Source of the DNA: a virus
Taxonomy: Duplodnaviria; Caudoviricetes
Reading direction: 5' to 3' (one strand)
IMG/VR virus record: IMGVR_UViG_3300047279_000052
Span: 1 to 39,166 of that record
Length of the DNA stretch: 39,166 bases
The notes under the pieces are model-generated. The model did not search any database. It was not told the origin of the DNA and was given only the letters and a program-made list of their open reading frames with translations. Numbering within the stretch: the stretch's first letter is position 1; each line of letters starts with the position of its first letter. Shown here one piece after another: positions 7,509 to 15,589 of the stretch. A program made the translations under genes and the position numbers.

Positions 7509-7658
7509 ATGATTGATTTTGACGACTACCCCGACTACGTAGAATTTACCGAAGACGATGAACGCGCCCTGGCCGATATGGATCGAGAGATCCAAACTGA
7601 GGCACGCCGTGCCCAGCTGCGCCAACAACGTGAACAGCTCGAAGGGGGCCAGGCATGA
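7509..7658 (+). CDS. 49-aa protein with strongly acidic N-terminus (not in ORF track)
   Basis: GGAG RBS from repeat copy 3. MIDFDDYPDYVEFTEDDERALADMDREIQTEARRAQLRQQREQLEGGQA. ATGA overlap with the next gene. Confidence 0.7.
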   Translation: MIDFDDYPDYVEFTEDDERALADMDREIQTEARRAQLRQQREQLEGGQA

Positions 7659-8335
7659 AATATCACTTTATTTTGAAATCGGCCAACAGCAAAACCGGCC
7701 CGCTGCCCGTGACCTATTCCCAGCGGGAAACCTGCCCCGAGAGCTGCCCACACTATCGGGCCGACTGTTACGCCGAAGACTATTACACCCGCATGAGCTG
7801 GGACAAAGTGGCCGAGAGAGGGGGCACGCTGGCCCAGCTCTGCGAATCAGTGGCCGCCCTGCCCGCTGGCCAATTGTGGCGGTTTAACGTGGCCGGGGAT
7901 CTGCCAGGCGCAGGCGAGCACGTTGACGCCGCCGCCCTGGGTGAGATCGTACGGGCCAACACTGGCCGCCGTGGTTTTACGTACACCCACAAAAAGACAC
8001 CCGAAGCGCTTTACTGGGTACAGTGCGCGAATGACTGGGGGTTTACCGTCAATCTATCTGCTGATGATGCTGGGGAAGCTGATGCGCTGGCCGCCGTATC
8101 GCGTGCACCGTTAACCTGCATCGTGCCCATGGATACACCGGAGAAAAGCTACACCCCCGAAGGCCAGACAATCATTGTCTGCCCAGCTCAAACCCGCGAC
8201 GATATCACCTGCGCCACCTGCGGGCTTTGTGCCCGTGCTGATCGGCGCGTGATCATTGGGTTTCGCGCCCATGGATCCAGGGCAAGAGTAACTGATGCGC
8301 TGGCCCGGCGCGTAATTCCAATAATGAAAGGTTAA
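7655..8335 (+). CDS. Cys-rich putative Fe-S protein (gp88/DUF7227-like, radical-SAM-like motif)
   Basis: NSKTG, CPESC......CYA, WRFNVAGDL, GFTYTH, VNLSAD, CPAQ...CATCGLC, IIGFRAHG. Confidence 0.6.
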   Translation: MKYHFILKSANSKTGPLPVTYSQRETCPESCPHYRADCYAEDYYTRMSWDKVAERGGTLAQLCESVAALPAGQLWRFNVAGDLPGAGEHVDAAALGEIVRANTGRRGFTYTHKKTPEALYWVQCANDWGFTVNLSADDAGEADALAAVSRAPLTCIVPMDTPEKSYTPEGQTIIVCPAQTRDDITCATCGLCARADRRVIIGFRAHGSRARVTDALARRVIPIMKG

Positions 8336-8337
8336 TC

Positions 8338-8553
8338 ATGGATTACTCAAACAAAACCCGGATCACGTTTCACCGTGGAAACGGGTTCACCCCTGAAGGC
8401 ATAACCCCGGAACCGTTCGCCACTTTTGTGATCAATGACCTGGTAGACCGGGAATTGATCGAGGGGCTTTGCGCCCTGATGCGTGATCATGTTCACATGA
8501 TGCACGCCGACTTTTGCAACATTAAATTAACTACTGAGGATTGGGATACATGA
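8338..8553 (+). CDS. Hypothetical protein
   Basis: AAGG RBS. Coupled to both neighbours. Confidence 0.65.
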   Translation: MDYSNKTRITFHRGNGFTPEGITPEPFATFVINDLVDRELIEGLCALMRDHVHMMHADFCNIKLTTEDWDT

Positions 8554-8801
8554 TAAACCTTGAAAATTTAACGGCCACCGAAGCCGAAGCCCTGGCCTAT
8601 GCTGAGGGGTTCACCGGCACGGCCCGCCTATTCGCTCGCATTGATAACCTGCAGCGGGCACTAGGGCAGGCCGTGGCAGCCCTTGAAGCCATCGCTGAGA
8701 GTAACAGCGACACAATGAACGCAAGGCAGCGCCGGGGCGCAGCAAAAGAAGCCCTGGCCATTATTGGAGAATCAATTAACTTATGGGAGCTGGAGCGATG
8801 A
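8550..8801 (+). CDS. Hypothetical helical protein
   Basis: Start re-assigned to the ATGA overlap at 8550, with GAGGA upstream. Confidence 0.65.
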   Translation: MINLENLTATEAEALAYAEGFTGTARLFARIDNLQRALGQAVAALEAIAESNSDTMNARQRRGAAKEALAIIGESINLWELER

Positions 8802-8974
8802 ACTACACCGAAGCCGAATACATTACCGCCGGGTTTCAATTTGAGCGTGACAAGATCCCCGCGCAGTCGCTGCGCCACATGATCGAATCCGAAGCCTTAG
8901 ATTTTCGCGCCGAAGCTCGCCGCCTGATCGAGCAAGGCCGGGCTGAAGCCAGGTTAACGGCGGCCACCACATGA
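8798..8974 (+). CDS. Hypothetical protein
   Basis: GGAG then ATG 8798 overlapping the upstream stop. Confidence 0.65.
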   Translation: MNYTEAEYITAGFQFERDKIPAQSLRHMIESEALDFRAEARRLIEQGRAEARLTAATT

Positions 8975-9030
8975 GCGCCCTCATAGCCGCCGCTATCGTC
9001 GCACTACTGGCCGCCGCCTGGGACCTTTAA
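8971..9030 (+). CDS. 19-aa hydrophobic peptide MSALIAAAIVALLAAAWDL
   Basis: ATGA-coupled to the upstream gene. Last ORF before the terminator. Confidence 0.4.
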   Translation: MSALIAAAIVALLAAAWDL

Positions 9031-9058
9031 CCCGCTGGCCAGGTTAACCCCTAAGCTA

Positions 9059-9087
9059 CCCCCAGCGAACCCGCTGGGGGCTTTTTT
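9059..9087 (+). terminator. Intrinsic terminator
   Basis: CCCCCAGCG-AACC-CGCTGGGGG followed by CTTTTTT. Confidence 0.8.
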
Positions 9088-9108
9088 AACCCTATTTCTG
9101 AGGATCTT

Positions 9109-9360
9109 ATGACACAATTTAAAACCGACCTGCTGGCCATGATCGAACGCCAGGCGCTGAGCGACACCAGGGCCGCCGGCCTGCTGGGTGTCCCAGTGTT
9201 CACCCTGCGCAAGTGGACAAGCGGCCAGCGTGCCCCCAGCGCCGCCGCCGTGCGCCTGCTATCCGTGCTGGGCACGCTCGAAGCGCTGGCCCCCGATGTG
9301 CTGGCCGCACTCACGCCGCCCCAGGAGAACAAACCCTCTAGGGCAAAAAAGCCCTTATAA
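9109..9360 (+). CDS. XRE/Cro-like helix-turn-helix protein
   Basis: LSDTRAAGLLGVPVFTLRKWTSGQRAPS HTH pattern. GAGGA RBS. Confidence 0.8.
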   Translation: MTQFKTDLLAMIERQALSDTRAAGLLGVPVFTLRKWTSGQRAPSAAAVRLLSVLGTLEALAPDVLAALTPPQENKPSRAKKPL

Positions 9361-9399
9361 GGCATCTGGAACTTTTTTGAAATTTACCGGAATTGAAAA

Positions 9400-9591
9400 A
9401 TGAAAACCAAAGAAATCCGCAGCATCACGCTCAAAGTCACCGAAGACTTCCAAACTGTCCGTGACTTGCTGACCAAAAACTCGGGCAGTAACATGACATA
9501 CAACCAAACCGTGGCCCACCTGTGCCACTTTTACCTGATCCAAACCCAACAAACCAACAAACCCTGCACAGTCTGGAGGCATCCACAATGA
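9400..9591 (+). CDS. Hypothetical protein, possibly ribbon-helix-helix
   Basis: Alternating N-terminal strand RSITLKV followed by two predicted helices. Confidence 0.5.
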   Translation: MKTKEIRSITLKVTEDFQTVRDLLTKNSGSNMTYNQTVAHLCHFYLIQTQQTNKPCTVWRHPQ

Positions 9592-9683
9592 CATGGCCGT
9601 TTCCCCCATTCCCAAACCCACTGGATAAGGGTACAAAGGTTCCTAAGTTCAACCCTGACAACTATGAGGACGCCCCACTATGA
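9588..9683 (+). CDS. 31-aa Pro-rich peptide (not in ORF track)
   Basis: GGAGG RBS. MTWPFPPFPNPLDKGTKVPKFNPDNYEDAPL. ATGA overlaps at both ends. Confidence 0.6.
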   Translation: MTWPFPPFPNPLDKGTKVPKFNPDNYEDAPL

Positions 9684-9877
9684 CTAAATGGGATAGACCT
9701 TGTTACAAATGCTTGTCACATTTTTGCGATTTGTCGTGTAAAGAACCTGAGCATTTAAAACCACCACAGCGCACATGGGTTGGGCTAACAGACGAGGAAC
9801 GAATTATGTGCCGCAGTTATGACATTGATCAAGCGATCGCAAATACAGAAGCCAAACTAAAGGAGAAGAACACATGA
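9680..9877 (+). CDS. Hypothetical protein with PQRTWVGLTDEE...KLKEKNT C-terminal module
   Basis: GAGGA RBS. CxxC...C N-terminus. Module shared with the next ORF. Confidence 0.65.
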   Translation: MTKWDRPCYKCLSHFCDLSCKEPEHLKPPQRTWVGLTDEERIMCRSYDIDQAIANTEAKLKEKNT

Positions 9878-10317
9878 CTAAAGAAGCATTGAGGCTGGCG
9901 CTGGAGGCGTTGGAAGAACTTATTTGTACTGAGCGAACATGCGTTGATATTGAGCGTGGTGAAGCCGCAATCAATTTCATTGAGAAATACCTAGCAAACG
10001 ATGCTCTAGAAAAGAAAGCAGAGAACGCTAGAGAATTAGGGTTGAACTATGAGCCAGATCAGGAGCCTGTGGCGTGGATGTCAAAGCATAGGTTTGACGA
10101 ACTGCGTCAAGGCTTCACTGTGATGACGACATTGACAAAGCAAAGAGCATTTGAGGATGACGTTGCCCTTTACACCACCCCACCACAGCGCACATGGGTA
10201 GGGCTGACGGATGAGGAGATTGTTTTGATTGTGGCTGAGTGTGCGGCTTCTCATCAGCATACGGACATTCACTTTGCCAAAGCCATTGAAACCAAACTCA
10301 AGGAGAAGAACACATGA
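9874..10317 (+). CDS. Hypothetical protein (EPVAW and PQRTWVGLTDEE modules)
   Basis: AAGGAG RBS. Composite of short motifs typical of phage accessory proteins. Confidence 0.75.
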   Translation: MTKEALRLALEALEELICTERTCVDIERGEAAINFIEKYLANDALEKKAENARELGLNYEPDQEPVAWMSKHRFDELRQGFTVMTTLTKQRAFEDDVALYTTPPQRTWVGLTDEEIVLIVAECAASHQHTDIHFAKAIETKLKEKNT

Positions 10318-10526
10318 TTCACACTGACGAAGACGATGAGTTTGACCGCATCGAGCACGAAGCCAAGATGCGTAGTGGACAGCCGTATCACTTTGATGTG
10401 TTCGTGTCTGTATCGCAGCGCAACCAGGTGCTCGAAGAGGTAGCCAAACAGTTCGATGCCATGCCCTTTGGGGACACTGCTGCCAGCTTTGCCTGCTTTG
10501 TCAGAAACATGAAAGGACAACCATGA
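10314..10526 (+). CDS. Hypothetical protein
   Basis: AAGGAG RBS, ATGA coupling. Confidence 0.7.
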   Translation: MIHTDEDDEFDRIEHEAKMRSGQPYHFDVFVSVSQRNQVLEEVAKQFDAMPFGDTAASFACFVRNMKGQP

Positions 10527-10765
10527 CACAAGATGAAATCACTAAGATGGCTAAACAGGTTGGTATGCGTTACCGCGAAATTGAAGATGAGTTTTATTCT
10601 AGTTATGCAGATGGCGTATATCTTGATGAACTTCAAGCGTTTGCCAAGCTAGTAGCAGCCAAAGAGCGTGAGGTGTGTGCAAAGTTATTTGATGACCGCA
10701 ACACAGGAACAGGCTTTTATGACCCACATGAGCCTGCTGAAATCATCCGAGCCATGAAGCAATGA
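10523..10765 (+). CDS. Hypothetical protein (MTQDEI...FAKLVAAKERE.CA...AEIIRA type)
   Basis: AAGGA RBS. Ends at the terminator. Confidence 0.7.
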   Translation: MTQDEITKMAKQVGMRYREIEDEFYSSYADGVYLDELQAFAKLVAAKEREVCAKLFDDRNTGTGFYDPHEPAEIIRAMKQ

Positions 10766-10788
10766 AAAAGCCCCTTGCGGGGCTTTTT
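10765..10788. terminator. Bidirectional intrinsic terminator
   Basis: AAAAAGCCCC-TTGC-GGGGCTTTTT between convergent genes. Confidence 0.9.
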
Positions 10789-13262
10789 CAATCCAACAAC
10801 TCAGCCCCGTGAACACGGGGTTTTTCTTTTTTGGACAGCCTGTAAATCTCGTCAAGCTGGCGCTGCTTAGCATCAATGACCGCTTTGCGGTGATCCTTAA
10901 ACTGCACAGCCAGTGCAGGGTTGATGGCCCACTGGGCATGGTGCTGGTTCTCCCGTGTGCCGTCATCCATTCGCATGACCCACCTACCCTGCTCTAGTGG
11001 GTACATCGCGCCGTAGATCATCTGGTCTTGTTGCCACACGTTGACCTTCTCGATTTGACGGCGTGCTGACCGTTTGATCTCAGCCATGGTGATCGTGCTC
11101 TCATCGGCGTGCTGAATGATGTAGTCACGCAGCCAGGTGTCGAAGTTGGACGAGCCGCTGAGTTCTGCCAGTGCATACCGATACGCAGGCACAACATAAG
11201 ACTGAACCAACTGAATCACCCGCTGGGTCAGCTCTGCACTGACTGCCAAGCTAAAGGGTGATTCGATCAAATGGAACATGAGAATCAAACGGCCTGCTAA
11301 ACCTTCCAACTTACCGAAGGCTGTCATGAACGTATCGTCAGACTGGAGTAAGCGCTCATCATTTCGCTTGCTGTCGTACCAGTCTTGGAATTCCTGGTAC
11401 ACAACCTTGGCCTCAGGACTGAGCTGGTAAGTCGTGGCAGGCAGGGCAAACACGATGCGCAAGGTTTGCTCCCACTGATCCTTGTTTAGCAGGTAGTCGG
11501 GGATTTCAATGGGCTTTTTGGTCAAATCACCGTTCAGGATGCAAGGCACAAAGCGCTGAACCAAGCCGTCAGCGCTCAGGTTGTGCAGGTTCTCACGAAA
11601 CACACGGGGCTGGATGTTGCCGTAGATCGACACGGCCAGGTTCTCAGCATAGATCGATCCACTGCCTACGCGATCCATCTCGTAGCTTGATGACTCGTAA
11701 GCCTTGACCCATGCCGAGCGATCCTCACCACTGGCCTTATCTGTCAGCTTACGCACCCAGCTGTTCATCTCGTCTAAGGCGCAGAGCAACCCACGGGGTC
11801 TGTCTGCTGCCAAGCGCACCAGCTTCTGACTGGTCACGTCATCCACGGTGATGCGAAGGGGCACGGGCTGGGGCGGTAGCTCATGCACTGATGGCGCTTG
11901 GCTGGTATCGAGCAAAGCATCGGGTGAAGCTGAGAAGTCAAGGAACGCCTTCTTGCTTGACGCATACATGGCCTCTTGACCTTCCCAGTCGAGAAGCTCC
12001 TTCTTAAACCGTGGACGGTCTTCCATCTCGAGGTGCTTGAGCGGGGCCAGCATGGGGGCCGAGCCTGGTGTCTTCTTGTCTGCCGGCGCACCGATGGTCA
12101 TAAGCCACAGCACTGGGGGAACCTTGAAGTCTTTGATCAGCTCAAGCCGTGTGCGTGCATCAACGACACCACACACAGCGGCTAAGCCTGCGAACAAGGG
12201 GACAAGAGGGTCACAGCCAACAGTCTGGCCGATCTCGTTTGCGCGTCTTGCAATGACGGCTGGCCACAAAGAAACATCCATCATCGGTGGCCGGGGCCGT
12301 AGGTCAACGATGACTGACTTTGGGTCAGCGGGTGACTCCACTTGTGCGAACATCGTGGAAATGTCAGGCATAGGGCGCACCCATCCGTGTTGTTTGGCTA
12401 TGTGAAAAAGTGATCCTAGTTTGACCGCTGTGGCCTTGTCATTGCGAAAGCTCACCCACTGATGAACGATCTGCGACTCGCCTGGGTACTTGGCAGAGGG
12501 CATCGACCAGTCGTTCCACAAAGTTAGCGCAGGTTCCAACTGATCTGTCTGTTCGCCAGCCCACTTAAGCGCCATGCCCACGGTGACCCACTCTTCACGA
12601 GAGCAGTCGGGGTTTATGGCTTCGAGCGCTGTGCGGATGTCTTCCCATGAGGCATCGATCGATTCGCCCGTGCCAATCGTGCGCTCTTTGTCCTGCGCCA
12701 GCAGACCTTGCCACAGATCAAGCAGGGGCTGCGGTAACACCGGCAAGCGTGTCCAGTGACCCTTGCCTGCCCAGCGGTAGGGCTGCATCGTCTCGGGGTG
12801 AATAGATGGAGGCAGGACATCTTGCACCGTGAGGTTGTTGGCCGTGGCGCAGCGCAGCTCATATGCTGTGACGCCGTTGATCAGGATCTTTTTAGACGGC
12901 AGCGTCAGGCCAAAAGGCATTGTGAACAAAAGTTTGCCGTGACCAGCCCTGCCCGAGTCCACGATGACAGCATCGTTTGCATCATACAACGCCTGAAGAT
13001 CGATGCCGTGTTGCTTGAGCGCCACGGTGGTGCTGTCCCACTCATCGATGTCAAGCGCCATCGTGCCAGAGTAAGCGTGGGCCAGACCAATCCCAAAGCC
13101 TTGGGGCAGATCACCCTGTGCCTTGAGAGCATTGGGTTTAAGGTTCCAGCCAGGGGTGCGGGGGCCTTTTGTGCCAGCAGGGATGGGCACAAGTGACCAG
13201 CCGTGACGGATGTACGCATCAACAGATGCAGGATGTTGTTGTACTTGTGGTGCTGTGCTCAT
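10788..13262 (-). CDS. Primase/replication protein: Prim-Pol (AEP) + PriCT-2 + DUF3987 P-loop-like domain
   Basis: GWSLVPI...KGP, ALDIDE, LPPSIHP (Prim-Pol). SREEWVTVGMALK...WS...KY (PriCT-2). KKTP, LDEM and DGLVQRF (DUF3987/YfjI-like). Confidence 0.88.
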   Translation of the reverse strand: MSTAPQVQQHPASVDAYIRHGWSLVPIPAGTKGPRTPGWNLKPNALKAQGDLPQGFGIGLAHAYSGTMALDIDEWDSTTVALKQHGIDLQALYDANDAVIVDSGRAGHGKLLFTMPFGLTLPSKKILINGVTAYELRCATANNLTVQDVLPPSIHPETMQPYRWAGKGHWTRLPVLPQPLLDLWQGLLAQDKERTIGTGESIDASWEDIRTALEAINPDCSREEWVTVGMALKWAGEQTDQLEPALTLWNDWSMPSAKYPGESQIVHQWVSFRNDKATAVKLGSLFHIAKQHGWVRPMPDISTMFAQVESPADPKSVIVDLRPRPPMMDVSLWPAVIARRANEIGQTVGCDPLVPLFAGLAAVCGVVDARTRLELIKDFKVPPVLWLMTIGAPADKKTPGSAPMLAPLKHLEMEDRPRFKKELLDWEGQEAMYASSKKAFLDFSASPDALLDTSQAPSVHELPPQPVPLRITVDDVTSQKLVRLAADRPRGLLCALDEMNSWVRKLTDKASGEDRSAWVKAYESSSYEMDRVGSGSIYAENLAVSIYGNIQPRVFRENLHNLSADGLVQRFVPCILNGDLTKKPIEIPDYLLNKDQWEQTLRIVFALPATTYQLSPEAKVVYQEFQDWYDSKRNDERLLQSDDTFMTAFGKLEGLAGRLILMFHLIESPFSLAVSAELTQRVIQLVQSYVVPAYRYALAELSGSSNFDTWLRDYIIQHADESTITMAEIKRSARRQIEKVNVWQQDQMIYGAMYPLEQGRWVMRMDDGTRENQHHAQWAINPALAVQFKDHRKAVIDAKQRQLDEIYRLSKKEKPRVHGAELLD

Positions 13263-13300
13263 ATAATCGTTTCTGACAATGCAGTTGTCACTTGCTTCAT
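13259..13300 (-). CDS. Putative 13-aa leader peptide coupled to the primase start
   Basis: AAGGAG at 13315-13310. MKQVTTALSETII-TGA overlaps the primase ATG. Confidence 0.5.
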   Translation of the reverse strand: MKQVTTALSETII

Positions 13301-13320
13301 GGATTGAATCTCCTTATTTG

Positions 13321-13347
13321 GCCCCGGTCTAACCACCGGGGCTTTTT
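13321..13347. terminator. Hairpin in the primase leader (terminator-like on + strand)
   Basis: GCCCCGGT-CTAACC-ACCGGGGC-TTTTT. Confidence 0.6.
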
Positions 13348-13374
13348 CTTTGCTAAAAATATTTTTACAAACTG

Positions 13375-13412
13375 TTGTACAATCGTACCACACTGTGCTA
13401 CACTTTGTGCAA
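13375..13412. promoter_or_regulatory. Overlapping divergent promoters (replication operon / primase)
   Basis: Plus strand TTGTAC...TGcTACACT (13399-13404). Minus strand TTGCAC...TGgTACGAT (13387-13382). Confidence 0.5.
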
Positions 13413-13430
13413 CTGATCAGGAAATAATTT

Positions 13431-13628
13431 ATGGCAACCAAACCCCTCACCAAGTTTTTGACCGTTAGGCTCACGCCTAATGATCACAAAGCATTTCACC
13501 GAAAGGCAGACAGGTACGGTAAACCGTCCGATGTCCTTCGTGAGATAGTGCAAGCGTTCAATTCTGATCGCCTTGTAATTCAACCCCCTGTAATTGAAAA
13601 GGAATCGTTATATGTCATTGGAAAATAA
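13431..13628 (+). CDS. Ribbon-helix-helix (Arc/CopG-like) regulator
   Basis: TKFLTVRL strand followed by helices ...SDVLREIV. AGGA RBS. First gene after the divergent promoters. Confidence 0.65.
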   Translation: MATKPLTKFLTVRLTPNDHKAFHRKADRYGKPSDVLREIVQAFNSDRLVIQPPVIEKESLYVIGK

Positions 13629-14058
13629 AATTGAAGCGCTGACCGCCGCTGTTCTTGCGTTGACTGCCAAACTTGAGTCGAGCAATGTAGCACCAGCCGC
13701 ACCCGTTGCGCCAGCACCCGCCCCTGTGGTAGAAGTAGCCCCAGTGGTGGCCGCCCCTTTGGTAGAAGTAGCCCCAGTGGTGGCCGCCCCTTTGGTTCAA
13801 GCACTTGCGATGCCCGCAGCACCCGTATTTACAGCCCCGGTTATTGCAGCACCCGCTGCCGCTCCGGCTGCCACCGGTGCACCGTTCTCTGATGGTAAAG
13901 GCCTGATCGACTATGTCATGGCATCGTATAAAGCCTTGGGCGCTGCCAAGGGTGCTCAGATTCAAAACGTCTTGACTGGTCTGGGTTATCAAAACATCAA
14001 CGATGTGAAGCCCGAGCACTATGGTGCGTTGTTTGCCGGTGTTGAGGGGCTGAAGTGA
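13612..14058 (+). CDS. Ala/Pro-rich linker protein typical upstream of DUF2800
   Basis: MSLENKIEALT N-terminal helix, low-complexity linker and C-terminal LGY..INDVKPEHY. Start re-assigned to 13612 after AAGGA. Confidence 0.75.
   Translation: MSLENKIEALTAAVLALTAKLESSNVAPAAPVAPAPAPVVEVAPVVAAPLVEVAPVVAAPLVQALAMPAAPVFTAPVIAAPAAAPAATGAPFSDGKGLIDYVMASYKALGAAKGAQIQNVLTGLGYQNINDVKPEHYGALFAGVEGLK
13727..13796 (+). repeat. Perfect 33-bp tandem duplication (VEVAPVVAAPL x2)
   Basis: tggtagaagtagccccagtggtggccgcccctt at 13727 and 13760. Confidence 0.95.
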
Positions 14059-14276
14059 GCTACAGTTTAGGCGATCCAGCATTTCCAACAGGTCTTATTA
14101 CTGACCCCAGAAATGGACAAATTATTGGCGGTAGTAACGGCATGTCATTGCGTGATTACTTTGCTGCAAAAGTACTGCAAGGGCTTTTAGCTTCAGGTTT
14201 GGATCAACCCAAGTTTGAATTTGCGCGTAAGTCTTACGAAATGGCAGACGAAATGTTGAAAGCGAGGGAAGCATGA
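14055..14276 (+). CDS. Conserved small phage protein (PAFP...GMSLRDYFAAK...ADEMLKAR)
   Basis: Recognisable motif family. GTGA/ATGA coupling to neighbours. Confidence 0.75.
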   Translation: MSYSLGDPAFPTGLITDPRNGQIIGGSNGMSLRDYFAAKVLQGLLASGLDQPKFEFARKSYEMADEMLKAREA

Positions 14277-15571
14277 GCACCCACGCCCAACTGTCCCCAT
14301 CGAAGCGCAACCGCTGGGCCTTGTGCCCTGGTAGCATTCGAGAGGAGGCCAAATACCCTGAGCAGGACAGTGGCCCTGCCGCCGTTGACGGTACGCACAG
14401 CCACACACTGCTTGAGGCTTGCATCAAAGCAAACCTGGCAGACCCATTGACAACCGTTGGTCGAAGTCTTTCTGATCACGAAGGTGAGTTTGTGGTTCTT
14501 CGAGATCGTGCAGAACGCATCAAGGTGGCCATTGACTACATCGCCAAACGGGTAGCAGAAGAGCGCACGCCCTTCTTTATCCCCAAGGTGTTGAGCGAAA
14601 CCCGTGTTGACCCTGCGCACCTGCTTGGCCGTGGCGACTTGTCCGGCACGGTTGACGTGCAGATCGAGTGCTATGACACACTTGAGCTGATCGACTACAA
14701 AGATGGTATGGGTGTCGTTAGCGCTGAAGGTAACTTGCAGCTTGAGCAGTACGCTTACGGTGTGCTGGCAGGCTACAAGCTGCCCGTTAACGGCAACTAT
14801 CCCTTCAAAGATGTGCGCATGACGATCATCCAGCCTAAGCTGGCCCTGCGCGGTATGCAGCCCATCACTTCGTACACTGTGCCAGTGTCCTATTTACTTT
14901 CAAACATGGGTACAATCATCACGCAAGCTGCCGCAACTGACAAACCAGATGCACCGCTTGTACCGGGTGAAAGTCAATGTAAATTTTGCCGCGCTAAGGG
15001 ATCATGCTCCGCGCTAGCAAGTAACGTAATGAAGGAGGTAGGAATCATGTTCCAGCCAGTAATGCAAACACTCGATGTTGCGCAGCAAAGCGCTGACAAA
15101 GATCCATCCACGATGGACGATGCCCAGATCCGTCAGATCATGGAAGCCGCTCCCCTGATGCGCCAGCTCCTCGAAGGTGTGGAGAAGGAAGCTCTGCGCC
15201 GCTTGGAAGCTGGTCAAACCATTGCCGGCCTCAAACTGGTCAATGGCCGTGGCTCCCGTGCCTGGGCACTACCCGAAGAAGAGATGGCCGACAAGCTCGT
15301 GAAGATGGGCATCCCCAAGAGCGCGATCTATGAAACCAAACTCGTCACCCCCGCTAAGGCTGAGAAGCTGACGTGGGACAAGAAAGACGGCACAAAGGTT
15401 CAGTTGACTGACCGACAACTCAAGCGCATGGAGCAAGAGTATGTGGTCAAGATGGCTGGCAAACTAAGTGTCGTTCCCGAATCTGATAGCCGTCAGGCTG
15501 TCGTAATGAATGCTGCGCCGCTGTTTAGCGCAGTTGAAACCCCCGCTGAGCTTCCCGCTTGGCTTTTGTAA
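14273..15571 (+). CDS. DUF2800 PD-(D/E)XK Cas4-like exonuclease
   Basis: HAQLSPS..RWALCPGS, GTHSH, GTVD, IDYKDG, QLEQYA, IIQP, QCKFCRAK..C. Confidence 0.88.
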   Translation: MSTHAQLSPSKRNRWALCPGSIREEAKYPEQDSGPAAVDGTHSHTLLEACIKANLADPLTTVGRSLSDHEGEFVVLRDRAERIKVAIDYIAKRVAEERTPFFIPKVLSETRVDPAHLLGRGDLSGTVDVQIECYDTLELIDYKDGMGVVSAEGNLQLEQYAYGVLAGYKLPVNGNYPFKDVRMTIIQPKLALRGMQPITSYTVPVSYLLSNMGTIITQAAATDKPDAPLVPGESQCKFCRAKGSCSALASNVMKEVGIMFQPVMQTLDVAQQSADKDPSTMDDAQIRQIMEAAPLMRQLLEGVEKEALRRLEAGQTIAGLKLVNGRGSRAWALPEEEMADKLVKMGIPKSAIYETKLVTPAKAEKLTWDKKDGTKVQLTDRQLKRMEQEYVVKMAGKLSVVPESDSRQAVVMNAAPLFSAVETPAELPAWLL

Positions 15572-15589
15572 ATCAATGGAGTAATTGTT

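Noticed and set aside
9109-9360. Lysogeny module (repressor/integrase)
   Set aside because: Single short HTH with no peptidase domain. No integrase, att site or partition genes seen in the window.
11218-11228. Extra ACCCGCTGGGT copy inside the primase gene
   Set aside because: Single isolated match within coding sequence; could be chance.
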